A DNA stretch of 64,000 nt from Planctomycetota bacterium (GTDB taxonomy: Bacteria > Planctomycetota > PLA2 > JAEUHO01), in the NCBI GenBank assembly GCA_965222115.1, contig CBDCTJ010000007.1, positions 416,001 through 480,000 of the forward strand, written 5' to 3'. The notes beneath the pieces were generated by a model. It searched no databases, was not told where the DNA came from, and saw only the letters and a program-made list of their open reading frames with translations. Every line of letters starts with the position of its first letter. The stretch's first letter is position 1. Position numbers and translations under genes: made by a program. Shown here piece after piece: positions 29,901-39,007 of this stretch.

Positions 29901-32900
29901 GACGCCAATGGCGACTATCTCTTTGATGGCCTGGCATCATCGGACTACTGCGTGTCGATTGACGCCTCAACGTTGCCGGCAGGCCTTGTGCTCACAACCG
30001 CCAACGACCCAACGCAAGTCTTCCTGGCACCCAACGAGGCTCGAGACAACGTGGACTTTGGCTATCGCTACACGGGCCAAATTGGTGATGTGGTCTTTGA
30101 AGACCTCGACGGCAACGGTACGCAAGATCCCGGGGAGAACGGGATCCCGGGCGTGGACGTTATTCTTTGCACGCCCGGTCCCGACGCAACCTGCGACACC
30201 GCCGATGACGTGGTACTGCAAACGGTGACCACCGATGGTGGCGGAGCCTATGCGTTCACGTTCCTCGGTCCCGATACCTACTGCGTAAAGATCAGTGATC
30301 CGACGGTGCCAGGCGGGCATGTGCTTACGACAGGAAATGACCCAGTATCCGTGCCGCTTGGACCGAGCGAGATCATTTCGACCGTTGACTTTGGCTATCA
30401 ACCCGTTGGCAGCATTGGGGACACCGTCTTTGAAGACGCCGATGGCAACGGCACACAGGGTCCGGGCGAACCCGGAATTCCCGGGGTCACCGTGTCGCTC
30501 GTCGATCCGGGTCCGGATGGGCTTTGCGACACGGCCGATGACGTCGGTGTGAATACAACCACAACCGATGCCAACGGCATGTACGTGTTCACAGGTCTCG
30601 GTCCAGCATCGTACTGCGTGAGCGTTGACACAAGTACGTTGCCCGAGAGCACCATGCTCAATACGACCACCAACGATCCGACGCTCGTAAACCTTGCAGG
30701 CCTTGAGAATCGCGACGACGTAGACTTTGGCTACCAGTACACCGGATCCATCGGTGATACGGTATGGGACGACATCAATCTCGACGGTACGCTCGACGGT
30801 GGTGATGCACCCCTTCCGGGCATTGACGTGCGTCTGCTGGCACCCGGTCCCGATGGCGTATGCGGCACGGTCGATGACGTCTTGCTCGACACGCAAACGA
30901 CGGATGCGGGTGGCAACTATCTGTTTGAGTTCCTGGCGGGCGCAACGTACTGCGTGGACGTGGACGACAACACAGTGCCACCGGGGTACGTGTTGACGAC
31001 GGTCAACGATCCAGCCACGATCATCTTGCCCGCGAATACGTCTGACCTCACAGCCGACTTTGGCTACGGCCAACAGGGAAGCTTGGGCGACACAGTATTC
31101 CTCGATGTCAATGGCAACGGCACACAGGACGCCGGCGACAACGGCATCCCCGGAGTGACGATCAACCTATTGAGCGCGGGCCCCGACGGCATCTGCGGCA
31201 CACCCGATGACGTTGCCGTAACTAGCACCACAACTGATGCCAACGGCGTGTACGGTTTCACCAGTTTGGGCGCCGACACGTACTGCGTCGACGTGGATGA
31301 AACGACGCTCCCGCCGGGCCTTTCGATCACGACCGGCCCTGAGCCGGCCACGGCAACGCTTACGCCTGGTCAGGTGCGCCAAGACGTTGACATTGGGTAC
31401 GAGAACACAGGCTCAATTGGTGATCTCATTTGGGACGACCTCAACGGCGATGGCGTTCGTGATCCAGGCGAACCGGGCCTTGGCGGCGTAGACGTTCGTC
31501 TGTGTTTCGCCGGTCCGGACACCATCTGCGGCACCGCCGATGATGTGGTGATTGAGACGCAGACGACCGACGCCGCGGGAGCTTATCTGTTTGAAAATCT
31601 TGGTAGCGGCTCCTACTGCGTCAAGGTGATTGATACGTCGCTCCCCGCGGGCTACGCGCCGACCACCACGCCGAGCAACATTCAGAACCCAACGCTTGCG
31701 CCCGGCCAAACGCTCGACACAGTGGACTTTGGCTACGCACAAATCGGTTCCATCGGCAACTTCGTGTGGGAGGACCGCAACGATGACACCGTGCAAGACG
31801 CCACGGAACCGGGCCTTGCCGGTGTGGACGTAGAGCTCATCACCGCGGGCCCCAATGGCACATTCGGGGATGCGGATGACATTGTTCAGGACACGCAAAC
31901 AACCGACGCAAACGGAGGGTACCTATTCCCCAACCTCTTGCCCGGCGACTACCGCGTAAACATCGTGGAAGCAACGTTGCCGCCGAGCATGATGTTGACC
32001 ACAGCCAATGAGCCGTTGGATTACACACTTGCTGCCAATGAGGCCTACCTGGATGCCGATTTCGGTTACCGTCACACCGGCTCCATCGGTGACTTTGTGT
32101 GGAACGACCTCAACGGTGACGGCGTGCAGGATGCGGGCGAACCCGCACTGGGTGGCGTAACACTCACGTTGATTGAAGCCGGTGCGGATGGCACGCTCGG
32201 TACGGCTGACGATGTTGCCTTCGGCAACCAGACAACCGATGCTGCCGGCACCTACGACTTTGTGAATCTTCCGGCCGGACTCTACAACGTGACCGTGGAC
32301 ACCAACACGGTGCCTGCCGGCTTCACGCTCACCACGCCGCCCAATCCCGCGTCCGTGACGTTGAATGCAGGAGAGGACCACAACGATGCCGACTTCGGTT
32401 TCCTTGAAGCGGCGTCCATTGGCGACACGGTATTCATCGATCGCAATGGCGACGGGGTGCAGGATGCGGTTGACATCGGTATTGCCGGTGTGGACGTCAT
32501 GCTTTGTACGCCCGGTCCTGATGCGCTGTGCGACACGACCGATGACGTCGTGATTGAGACACAGACGACAGGTGCCGCGGGCGACTACAACTTCATTGGG
32601 CTGGCGCCCGATACGTATTGCGTCAAGGTGGATGACACGACGTTGCCGCCCGGCGTTGAACTCACGACAAGCAACGATCCTACTTCCGTAACGCTTTCCA
32701 CGGGCGAGACACGTGACGACGTGGACTTTGGCTACCGCGACACCGGACGCATTAGCGACAAGGTGTTCAATGACCGCGATCAAGACGGCACGGTAGACGC
32801 TGGCGAAAATGGCTGGCCGAATGTGACCGTGGAACTCGTGGATGCCGGACCCGATGGTGTGTGTGGCACAGCCGACGACATCGCAGCGGGCACCGCGACG

Positions 32901-34151
32901 ACCGACGCGCAAGGATGCTACGAGTTCGTCAATCTCCCGGGTGGCACCTACTGCGTAACGGTGGATGAGACCACGCTTCCGCCCGGCCTGATTCTCACGA
33001 CGCCACCCGGCACCTTTACGGTGCCGCTTGCGCCCGGCGAGGACAATCCCAACATTGACTTTGGGTATCGCAGTCCTGGCAGCATCGGTGACTTCGTCTT
33101 TGAAGACACCAATGCCAATGGGACGTTTGACGTCGGCGAAACGCCACTGCCCAATGTGACAATCAATCTGATCGAAGCGGGGCCGGACGGCATGCTGGGT
33201 ACCGCCGATGACATCACGTTTCCGCCCGTCACAACGGACGCGAACGGGAACTATAGCTTCCCCGGACTCACGCCTGGTTTCTACCGCGTTTCTGTGGACG
33301 AAACCACCGTGCCGACGGACTACGTCAACACGACCGCCAACAATCCGCTCGACATCATGTTGGCCGATGGTGAAGCATACGTGGATGCCGACTTTGGCTA
33401 CACCTTGCAGCTCTTCTCCATTGGCGACACGGTGTTTGTGGATAGCGACCGTGACGGTGTGTACGAACCGGAAGTGGGTGAAGCGCCCATCGCAGGAGTA
33501 CTGGTCCGCTTGCTCGATGCCAATGGCAACGAAGTCGCGCAACAGACGACGGATGCCGACGGCATCTATCTGTTCCAAGTACCACGCGGTGAGTACACCG
33601 TGTTGATCGACGACGCCAATTACCAAGTCGGCGGGCCGCTTGAGCCCTACGACTACACGGGGCCATTCCCCGATGATCAGAACACCGAAACTGTGGACAG
33701 CGATCTGCGTGGCGTGAACTTTGGCTTCGCCCCGCTCACGCCGCCTGGAAGCATTCAGTTCTGTAGCTGGTGGTTGCGCAACACGAACAGTTGGCCGCTC
33801 AATCAGATCCTCGTTGGCGATCAGACGTTGACGCAAGCAGAAGCGATTCAGGTCCTGGACCATGGCAACCGCTTGCTTGAGAGCACGCACTCCATCGCGC
33901 GTGCGGGTCTCGCCGCAACGATCGACATGAGCTACGTGATGGGCTGGGCGCTGATTGGTGCCAAGCTCAACGTGGGTGCTGGTAATGGCAGTGCCGGTAT
34001 CGAAGATGTGATTCGGGCAGGGGATCAGTGGTTGATTGGTGCCGGTGGCATTGGTTCGGGACTCACGCGAAGCGATTCGCGCTACGCGACGGGCCTCCAA
34101 ATCTTCAACCAGCTCAACGACTTCAACAACGGCGTGACCTCGGGCAACTAA
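26922..34151 (+). CDS. Giant SdrD-B-like repeat surface lipoprotein (putative adhesin), 2409 aa
   Basis: Lipobox LTAC, one N-terminal B-like repeat, a propeller-like domain, 14 tandem IGDxVx-D-x-N-G...DFGY repeats of about 111 aa, and a helical C-terminal domain. Confidence 0.9.
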   Translation: MNGELAVRHFPSLSLRHLSCVLVLAALTACGGPSGGPTNALIGDGPTLAMPDLVGDLNANGLPDTDDIVSGFSDDDNGNGIVDEVEADCDNNGTLDGRINQGSVFDDADFDGERDAGEAGIAGITVELYDRDGNVVANTTTDANGDWSVANQATFWGLRIEFSGWAPPLLPSIVGIDNGSSIQTVIGSNCNTSFALHTPAICDFSDGKGRLATPCYLGGDASGSTEPAIVSFDVTAEGIPAQYGGTGQNPSNDASYANVGSVWGLAYEPGTKRLFASALLKRHTNLGPQGMGGIYVIDYSGASPVISSSFSLQGFLPANGGAAINLGSVTRTATGDNALVALPALGIDIDAFPKVAKNGYGDIDFAENNTALWLVNLNQQALIRIDLSVPSNIPPTPASVQQFPLAGIPGLPTCTNGVFRPWALKFQGGAGYLGGVCSAESPGGTSANLQAHVLRFNPTNIGAGFTSVLSFPLNYPREAAAEPGTPGLFPGNWMPWTDSWSAITLNGSGGPGITVGTWPQPILSDIEFDDNGNMILGFSDRFGHQQGDLHLEPTSGATEIIGVFAAGDTIHACFNAGTGAFALEGTPLCPVSDPDGFGGASGTPATPVGEFYFDDSLTPSHLEVSTGGLANLPGLGEIATTAYDPVSQVFSSGIHWYSTTTGGVTQQYQITDGGVAQRENNFGKGIGLGDLELLCAAPPLEIGNCVFVDANETGLQEPADPPLAGVTVELWLSGAQVATTTTDALGKYVFNGDNVTGGLIENNANYEVRIDLAGAALAGYSPAVANAPGSDLIDSDGDATIAAGYVTAPVTPLLRSEANHSYDFGFVSDATIGDLVWNDTNSNGTQDPGESGIPNVVLTLCAPGTDGICETPDDIEIATQFTDANGAYDFTNVLPGTYCVKVDDNTIPPGLIHSTGNDPATIVITPGLDYNAADFGYAPPASIGDRVYRDDNGNALQDGGEPALPGIDVVLSTSGPDNVCGTADDVEIARVTTDANGDYLFDGLASSDYCVSIDASTLPAGLVLTTANDPTQVFLAPNEARDNVDFGYRYTGQIGDVVFEDLDGNGTQDPGENGIPGVDVILCTPGPDATCDTADDVVLQTVTTDGGGAYAFTFLGPDTYCVKISDPTVPGGHVLTTGNDPVSVPLGPSEIISTVDFGYQPVGSIGDTVFEDADGNGTQGPGEPGIPGVTVSLVDPGPDGLCDTADDVGVNTTTTDANGMYVFTGLGPASYCVSVDTSTLPESTMLNTTTNDPTLVNLAGLENRDDVDFGYQYTGSIGDTVWDDINLDGTLDGGDAPLPGIDVRLLAPGPDGVCGTVDDVLLDTQTTDAGGNYLFEFLAGATYCVDVDDNTVPPGYVLTTVNDPATIILPANTSDLTADFGYGQQGSLGDTVFLDVNGNGTQDAGDNGIPGVTINLLSAGPDGICGTPDDVAVTSTTTDANGVYGFTSLGADTYCVDVDETTLPPGLSITTGPEPATATLTPGQVRQDVDIGYENTGSIGDLIWDDLNGDGVRDPGEPGLGGVDVRLCFAGPDTICGTADDVVIETQTTDAAGAYLFENLGSGSYCVKVIDTSLPAGYAPTTTPSNIQNPTLAPGQTLDTVDFGYAQIGSIGNFVWEDRNDDTVQDATEPGLAGVDVELITAGPNGTFGDADDIVQDTQTTDANGGYLFPNLLPGDYRVNIVEATLPPSMMLTTANEPLDYTLAANEAYLDADFGYRHTGSIGDFVWNDLNGDGVQDAGEPALGGVTLTLIEAGADGTLGTADDVAFGNQTTDAAGTYDFVNLPAGLYNVTVDTNTVPAGFTLTTPPNPASVTLNAGEDHNDADFGFLEAASIGDTVFIDRNGDGVQDAVDIGIAGVDVMLCTPGPDALCDTTDDVVIETQTTGAAGDYNFIGLAPDTYCVKVDDTTLPPGVELTTSNDPTSVTLSTGETRDDVDFGYRDTGRISDKVFNDRDQDGTVDAGENGWPNVTVELVDAGPDGVCGTADDIAAGTATTDAQGCYEFVNLPGGTYCVTVDETTLPPGLILTTPPGTFTVPLAPGEDNPNIDFGYRSPGSIGDFVFEDTNANGTFDVGETPLPNVTINLIEAGPDGMLGTADDITFPPVTTDANGNYSFPGLTPGFYRVSVDETTVPTDYVNTTANNPLDIMLADGEAYVDADFGYTLQLFSIGDTVFVDSDRDGVYEPEVGEAPIAGVLVRLLDANGNEVAQQTTDADGIYLFQVPRGEYTVLIDDANYQVGGPLEPYDYTGPFPDDQNTETVDSDLRGVNFGFAPLTPPGSIQFCSWWLRNTNSWPLNQILVGDQTLTQAEAIQVLDHGNRLLESTHSIARAGLAATIDMSYVMGWALIGAKLNVGAGNGSAGIEDVIRAGDQWLIGAGGIGSGLTRSDSRYATGLQIFNQLNDFNNGVTSGN

Positions 34152-34187
34152 CCGACGCCGGCTTTCGTCGGGGCTACACTTCCATGA

Positions 34188-36014
34188 GTGAGCCCCGGCG
34201 GATACCACCATCAATATGTACGCGTTGACCTGAGCCGTGCGCGCAGCACAACGGTCCCTATGCCCAATGACGCGTTGCGCGAAACGATTGGCGGCGTCGG
34301 CCTTGGCGTTCAACTGCTTTTGCGCGAGTCACCCGCAGGCATAGATCCACTCGCGCCCGATGCTTCGCTCGTCATCGCACTTTCGCCGCTCGTAGGCACG
34401 CCACTTACCACGAGCGCCAAGTTCGCGGTGGTTGCGAAGTCGCCCTTGACGTCACGCATTTCCGATGCCTTAGCTAGCGATCGCTTCGCCATGGAACTCA
34501 AATACGCCGGGATGGACGCGCTGGTCATCACCGGTGCCGCACCCTCGTGGTCGCTGTTGATCATCGACGATGACAAGGTGTCGCTAAAGCCGGCGCCCCA
34601 CCTTGTTGGTTTGTCGTCCGATGAGACGGAAACAAAGGTGCGCGCTGAGTGGGGCGACGCGTTTCGATTCTTCGGCATTGGACCCGCGGGCGAACATCTC
34701 GTGCGCTACGCCACCATCTCCGGCGATGGGCGTCATGCCGGACGCGGCGGGCTGGGCGCCGTGCTGGGCGCAAAGAAGCTAAAGGGAATCGCGGTTCGCG
34801 GAACTTCGCCTGCAGCGTTGCATGACAGGGACCGGGTGCTTGCACTTGCAAAGGATCTCTCGGAACGATCGATGGGCGCGGCCACGCGCAAGTATCGCGA
34901 ACTCGGCACGGTTGCCAATGTCTTGGTCATGAATCGCATGGGATCCCTCCCAACGCGAAACTTTCAACGCGGCTCCTTTGACGGCGCCGATGCGATTTCT
35001 GGCGAAGCCTTTCATCAAACTAAGGGTCGCGTACGCGCACACTGCGCGGCATGCACCATTGGTTGCGAACATCTATTCAAATCTAAGGATGGTCGCTCGG
35101 TTCGACTGGAGTATGAAGGTATCTTTGCCCTCGGACCGCTGCTTGGCATCAGCGATCGCGAAACCGTGTTGCTAGCCGCGCGCACGTGTGACGATCTCGG
35201 TTTGGATGTGATCTCCGCCGGCGGGACGATCGCCTTCGCCATGGAGTGTCGCGAACGTGGATTGCTGCCCGATGCTCCTGCGTTTGGTGATCGCGACGGC
35301 GCGTTGGCTTTACTGCAAGCCATAGGCACGCGAAGCGGCGCACTTGGGGATCTCTTAGCCAACGGCTCGCGCAGTGCAGCGAAGATCATCGGTAAGGGCA
35401 GCGAACGTTTTGCGTGTCACGTGAAGGGAATGGAACTCCCGGGCTACGAACCACGCGCATTGCAGTCCATGGCGCTCGGCTTGGCCGTGGGCGCACGCGG
35501 CGCCGATCACAACCGATCCGGAGCCTACGAAGAGGACTTTCGCGCGGGCGGCAAGCGACTGGTTGCCACGGTAGACAAAGGGCCCGCGGCGGCACGCAGC
35601 GAAGATCGCGCTGCACTCATCGACAGTATGATTCTGTGCAAGTTCTTGCGCGGCGTCTTTGATGATCTTCCCGCCGAGTGTGCCACGATGCTCGCGGCCG
35701 TCACGGGCTGGGACGTTACTGCCGACGAACTTGTACGCACAGCTCAACGCGTCGTCACGCTCAAGAAGCTCTTCAATCTGCGTGAGGGATGGACGCAGGC
35801 CGAAGATACGTTGCCGGCGCGTTTTCTATCCGAGCCCCTTGATTGCGACGGCGACGCCGAGGGCACCACCCTAACCAAGCACGATCTTGATGCGATGATT
35901 GGGAGCTATTACCGCGCACGCGGATGGACGTTGGAAGGCGTGCCCACCAAAGCCTCGTTGCGTGCACTCGACGTTGTGTGGCCAATGCCGTCCACCAAAG
36001 ACAGGCTGGAATAG
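34188..36014 (+). CDS. aor: Aldehyde:ferredoxin oxidoreductase (tungsten AOR family)
   Basis: KSPLT, AGRGGLGAVLGAKKLK, CAACTIGC, EYE, DDLGLD, RGADH, ILCKF, YYRARGW. Confidence 0.93.
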   Translation: MSPGGYHHQYVRVDLSRARSTTVPMPNDALRETIGGVGLGVQLLLRESPAGIDPLAPDASLVIALSPLVGTPLTTSAKFAVVAKSPLTSRISDALASDRFAMELKYAGMDALVITGAAPSWSLLIIDDDKVSLKPAPHLVGLSSDETETKVRAEWGDAFRFFGIGPAGEHLVRYATISGDGRHAGRGGLGAVLGAKKLKGIAVRGTSPAALHDRDRVLALAKDLSERSMGAATRKYRELGTVANVLVMNRMGSLPTRNFQRGSFDGADAISGEAFHQTKGRVRAHCAACTIGCEHLFKSKDGRSVRLEYEGIFALGPLLGISDRETVLLAARTCDDLGLDVISAGGTIAFAMECRERGLLPDAPAFGDRDGALALLQAIGTRSGALGDLLANGSRSAAKIIGKGSERFACHVKGMELPGYEPRALQSMALGLAVGARGADHNRSGAYEEDFRAGGKRLVATVDKGPAAARSEDRAALIDSMILCKFLRGVFDDLPAECATMLAAVTGWDVTADELVRTAQRVVTLKKLFNLREGWTQAEDTLPARFLSEPLDCDGDAEGTTLTKHDLDAMIGSYYRARGWTLEGVPTKASLRALDVVWPMPSTKDRLE

Positions 36015-36074
36015 TGCGCACCAGCGTATGCGGGTAAACTTGTGGGCTCACTTCGACCACCGAGGAACGCGTGC

Positions 36075-38894
36075 ATGACCCCTCCGCCCACCACGACTGA
36101 GACGGCCACCGTAACGCTCTCCATCAATGGCACGCCCGTTACGGTTCCCGAAGGAACAGCACTTTGGGATGCGGCTAAGGCGCAGGGCATCGACATCCCC
36201 GTGCTGTGCCACGACGAAACACTTAATCCGGTGGGCGTTTGTCGCATGTGTGTGGTGGAAGTGGAAGGCGCCCGCACGCTCCAAGCCTCGTGCGTGCGGC
36301 AGTGCGAAGAGGGCATGGTTGTAAAAACCCACAGCCCCGTGGTGGAACGCAATCGCAAAATGTTGACCGAACTCTTGATGTCGGATCAGCCCGCGGAAAG
36401 CACCCGCGACGCACAGATGGGAAACGACGAGCTCTTTGCGCTCGCCAAGGGCTACAAGGTGGATGGCTCGCGCTTCCCCGGCACGAACGGCCGCCCGCAA
36501 GACGACTCATCACCGGTGATCGCCGTCGATCACCAAGCGTGCATTCTCTGTGACCGCTGCATTCGCGCGTGTGACGACATTCAGAGCAATATGGTGATCG
36601 GTCGCACCGGCAAGGGCAACAGCACGCGCATTGGCTTCGATCTCGATGGCGCCATGGGCCAATCCACGTGTGTTGAGTGCGGCGAGTGCGTGAGTGCGTG
36701 TCCAACCAGCGCGCTCACCAACAAGGCTGTAACCGAACCCATCAACGCGTCCACGTCACTGAAGACGGTCGAGTCGGCGTGCCCCTACTGCGGCGTAGGC
36801 TGCGCCATTGCGTATCACGTAAACGAAGAAGAAAACCGCGTTGTCTACGCCGAAGGGCGTGAGGACACGGCCAATGAGTCGCGATTATGTGTGAAGGGGC
36901 GTTACGGATTTGACTATCCCAACCACCCCCACCGCTTAACCAGACCATTGATTCGCAAAGATTCGCACTACCCCAAGCGCGTGCTAACGGAACACATGGC
37001 TGGCAAGGGCGATGGCAAGCGACACAAACGCGTGTACGAAGACTACGACAAGGCACTAGGAGCATTTCGCGAGGCCACGTGGGACGAAGCACTCGACCTC
37101 GTCGCCAAGAAACTAAGGGGTATCAAGGAAACACACGGTCCGGGCGCGCTCGCGGGATTTGGCAGCGCCAAGTGCAGCAACGAAGAGGCCTACCTCTTTC
37201 AAAAGATGATCCGCGCCGTATTCGGAACCAACAATGTGGACCACTGCACCCGTCTTTGCCATGCATCCAGTGTGGCCGCGCTGCTTGAAACCATCGGATC
37301 AGGCGCTGTAACCACCGTGTATAGCGACGTGCGGAACTCCGATGTGGCCATCATTACCGGTAGCAACGCCACCTCCAACCATCCGGTCGCGGCCACATTC
37401 ATGAAGGAAGCGGCGCGCAACGGCACCAAGTTGATCATTATCAATCCGCATCGCCCCGAATTGGCCGACCACGCCTACGCCTATGTGCGCCTCAAGAGCG
37501 GCGCCGACGTCACGTTTTACAACAGCCTCATGCACGTGATTCTTGAAGAGGGACTGGAAGACACCGACTACATCAAGAACCACACCGAGAACTTCGACGC
37601 CCTGAAAGAGGTACTGGCACGCTACGCCCCCGAAGTTGCCGCGCCCGTATGTGGTGTGTCGGCCGATGAGATACGACACCTCGCTCGTGTGATTGGCAGC
37701 GCCAAGGCGTTGCTCGTGTTCTGGGGCATGGGCATCTCACAACACGTCCACGGAACCGACAACGCGCGTTCGCTCATTTCGCTGTGTCTCATGACCGGCA
37801 ACGTAGGCCGTCCGGGTACGGGTCTACATCCCCTTCGCGGTCAAAACAACGTGCAAGGCGCAAGCGACGCGGGACTTATCCCGATGGTCTTTCCCGACTA
37901 CAAGTCGGTGGCCGACGACGCCCATCGCGCGCGTTACGAGAAAGCGTGGGACGTGTCGCTCGATCCCAAGCCCGGGCTCACCGTGGTTGAAATCGCCCAT
38001 GCGGCCGCTGCTGGCACGCTCAAGGGCATGTACATCATGGGCGAAAACCCATTCCTCTCCGATCCCAACGTGGCACACGTGCGCGACGCATTCTGCGACC
38101 TCGACTTCTTGGTCGTGCAAGACATCTTCTTGACCGAAACCGCGGAAGCCGCCGATGTGATCCTTCCGGCCACGACCTACTTTGAGAAAACCGGCACCTA
38201 CACCAACACCGACCGCCGCGTACAACTAGGGCAAACGGCACTCAACCCCCCCGGCGAAGCGCGCCTTGATTGGCAGATCCTCTGCGACGTCATGACGCGT
38301 ATGGGTTATCCGCAGAACTACACGTCTATTGAAGACGTGTTTGTAGAGTTCTCCGACATGACCGATAGCTACAAGGGCTTGCGCTATAAGCACCTCCACG
38401 GCCGCGGCAAGCTCTGGCCCTGCCCCGATCCCGACAACAGCGAAGGCACCGTGGTACTTTTTGGCGATGGCTTCCCCACGCCGTCGGGACGCGGCAAGTT
38501 CTCACCCGCGGAGACCGTTCCTCCCGCCGAGCTGCCGAGCGAAGACTTCCCCTATGTCTTGAATACGGGTCGAACACTTCAACACTGGCACACCGGCTCC
38601 ATGACGCGTCGCGCCAAGGTGCTCGACACCATTAACCCCGAAGCGTTCTGCGAAGTTCATCCCGATGATCTCAAGGCACTTGGCCTTGACGATGGCGCCA
38701 TGATCAAACTCACCACCCGCCGCAACACCATCACGATTCGCGCCCGCGCCAGCACCAAGACATCGCGCGGCACCGTCTTTGTTCCCTTCCATTACCGCGA
38801 AGCCGCCGCCAACCTCCTCACCACCGACCAACTCGATCCCGATGGCAAGATTCCATCGTTCAAGTTTGCGGCGGTTCGTGTTGAGAAGGCATAG
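36075..38894 (+). CDS. fdhA: Formate dehydrogenase alpha subunit (Cys type) with N-terminal Fe-S domains
   Basis: 2Fe-2S LCH...CRMC...C, CILCDRC and CVECGEC, CPYCGVGC, DHCTRLCH, LRGQNNVQG. Confidence 0.93.
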   Translation: MTPPPTTTETATVTLSINGTPVTVPEGTALWDAAKAQGIDIPVLCHDETLNPVGVCRMCVVEVEGARTLQASCVRQCEEGMVVKTHSPVVERNRKMLTELLMSDQPAESTRDAQMGNDELFALAKGYKVDGSRFPGTNGRPQDDSSPVIAVDHQACILCDRCIRACDDIQSNMVIGRTGKGNSTRIGFDLDGAMGQSTCVECGECVSACPTSALTNKAVTEPINASTSLKTVESACPYCGVGCAIAYHVNEEENRVVYAEGREDTANESRLCVKGRYGFDYPNHPHRLTRPLIRKDSHYPKRVLTEHMAGKGDGKRHKRVYEDYDKALGAFREATWDEALDLVAKKLRGIKETHGPGALAGFGSAKCSNEEAYLFQKMIRAVFGTNNVDHCTRLCHASSVAALLETIGSGAVTTVYSDVRNSDVAIITGSNATSNHPVAATFMKEAARNGTKLIIINPHRPELADHAYAYVRLKSGADVTFYNSLMHVILEEGLEDTDYIKNHTENFDALKEVLARYAPEVAAPVCGVSADEIRHLARVIGSAKALLVFWGMGISQHVHGTDNARSLISLCLMTGNVGRPGTGLHPLRGQNNVQGASDAGLIPMVFPDYKSVADDAHRARYEKAWDVSLDPKPGLTVVEIAHAAAAGTLKGMYIMGENPFLSDPNVAHVRDAFCDLDFLVVQDIFLTETAEAADVILPATTYFEKTGTYTNTDRRVQLGQTALNPPGEARLDWQILCDVMTRMGYPQNYTSIEDVFVEFSDMTDSYKGLRYKHLHGRGKLWPCPDPDNSEGTVVLFGDGFPTPSGRGKFSPAETVPPAELPSEDFPYVLNTGRTLQHWHTGSMTRRAKVLDTINPEAFCEVHPDDLKALGLDDGAMIKLTTRRNTITIRARASTKTSRGTVFVPFHYREAAANLLTTDQLDPDGKIPSFKFAAVRVEKA

Positions 38895-38899
38895 CGCAC
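38824..38899 (+). repeat. 76-bp direct repeat copy 1 (3' end of fdh)
   Basis: Matches 39595-39670 with 3 mismatches. Confidence 0.95.
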
Positions 38900-38959
38900 G
38901 CGATGCGCTCAGTAGCACCCCACACGTCCAATATTGGAGTTCTGGCGACAGGCTAGTGC

Positions 38960-38976
38960 ATACCATATTATGGTAT
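38960..38976. promoter_or_regulatory. Perfect palindrome, candidate ParD operator
   Basis: ATACCATA-T-TATGGTAT ending about 30 bp upstream of parD. Confidence 0.65.
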
Positions 38977-39007
38977 CGTACTCTCGCAACCAGTCGGAGC
39001 GCTCTCA

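Noticed and set aside
31923-34313. 796-aa antisense ORF (and the 368-aa ORF at 29967-31073)
   Set aside because: Shadow frames of the GC-rich repetitive adhesin gene, with no recognisable motifs.
37240-37263. Selenocysteine in the FDH active site
   Set aside because: The codon is TGC (RLCH) and there is no in-frame TGA.
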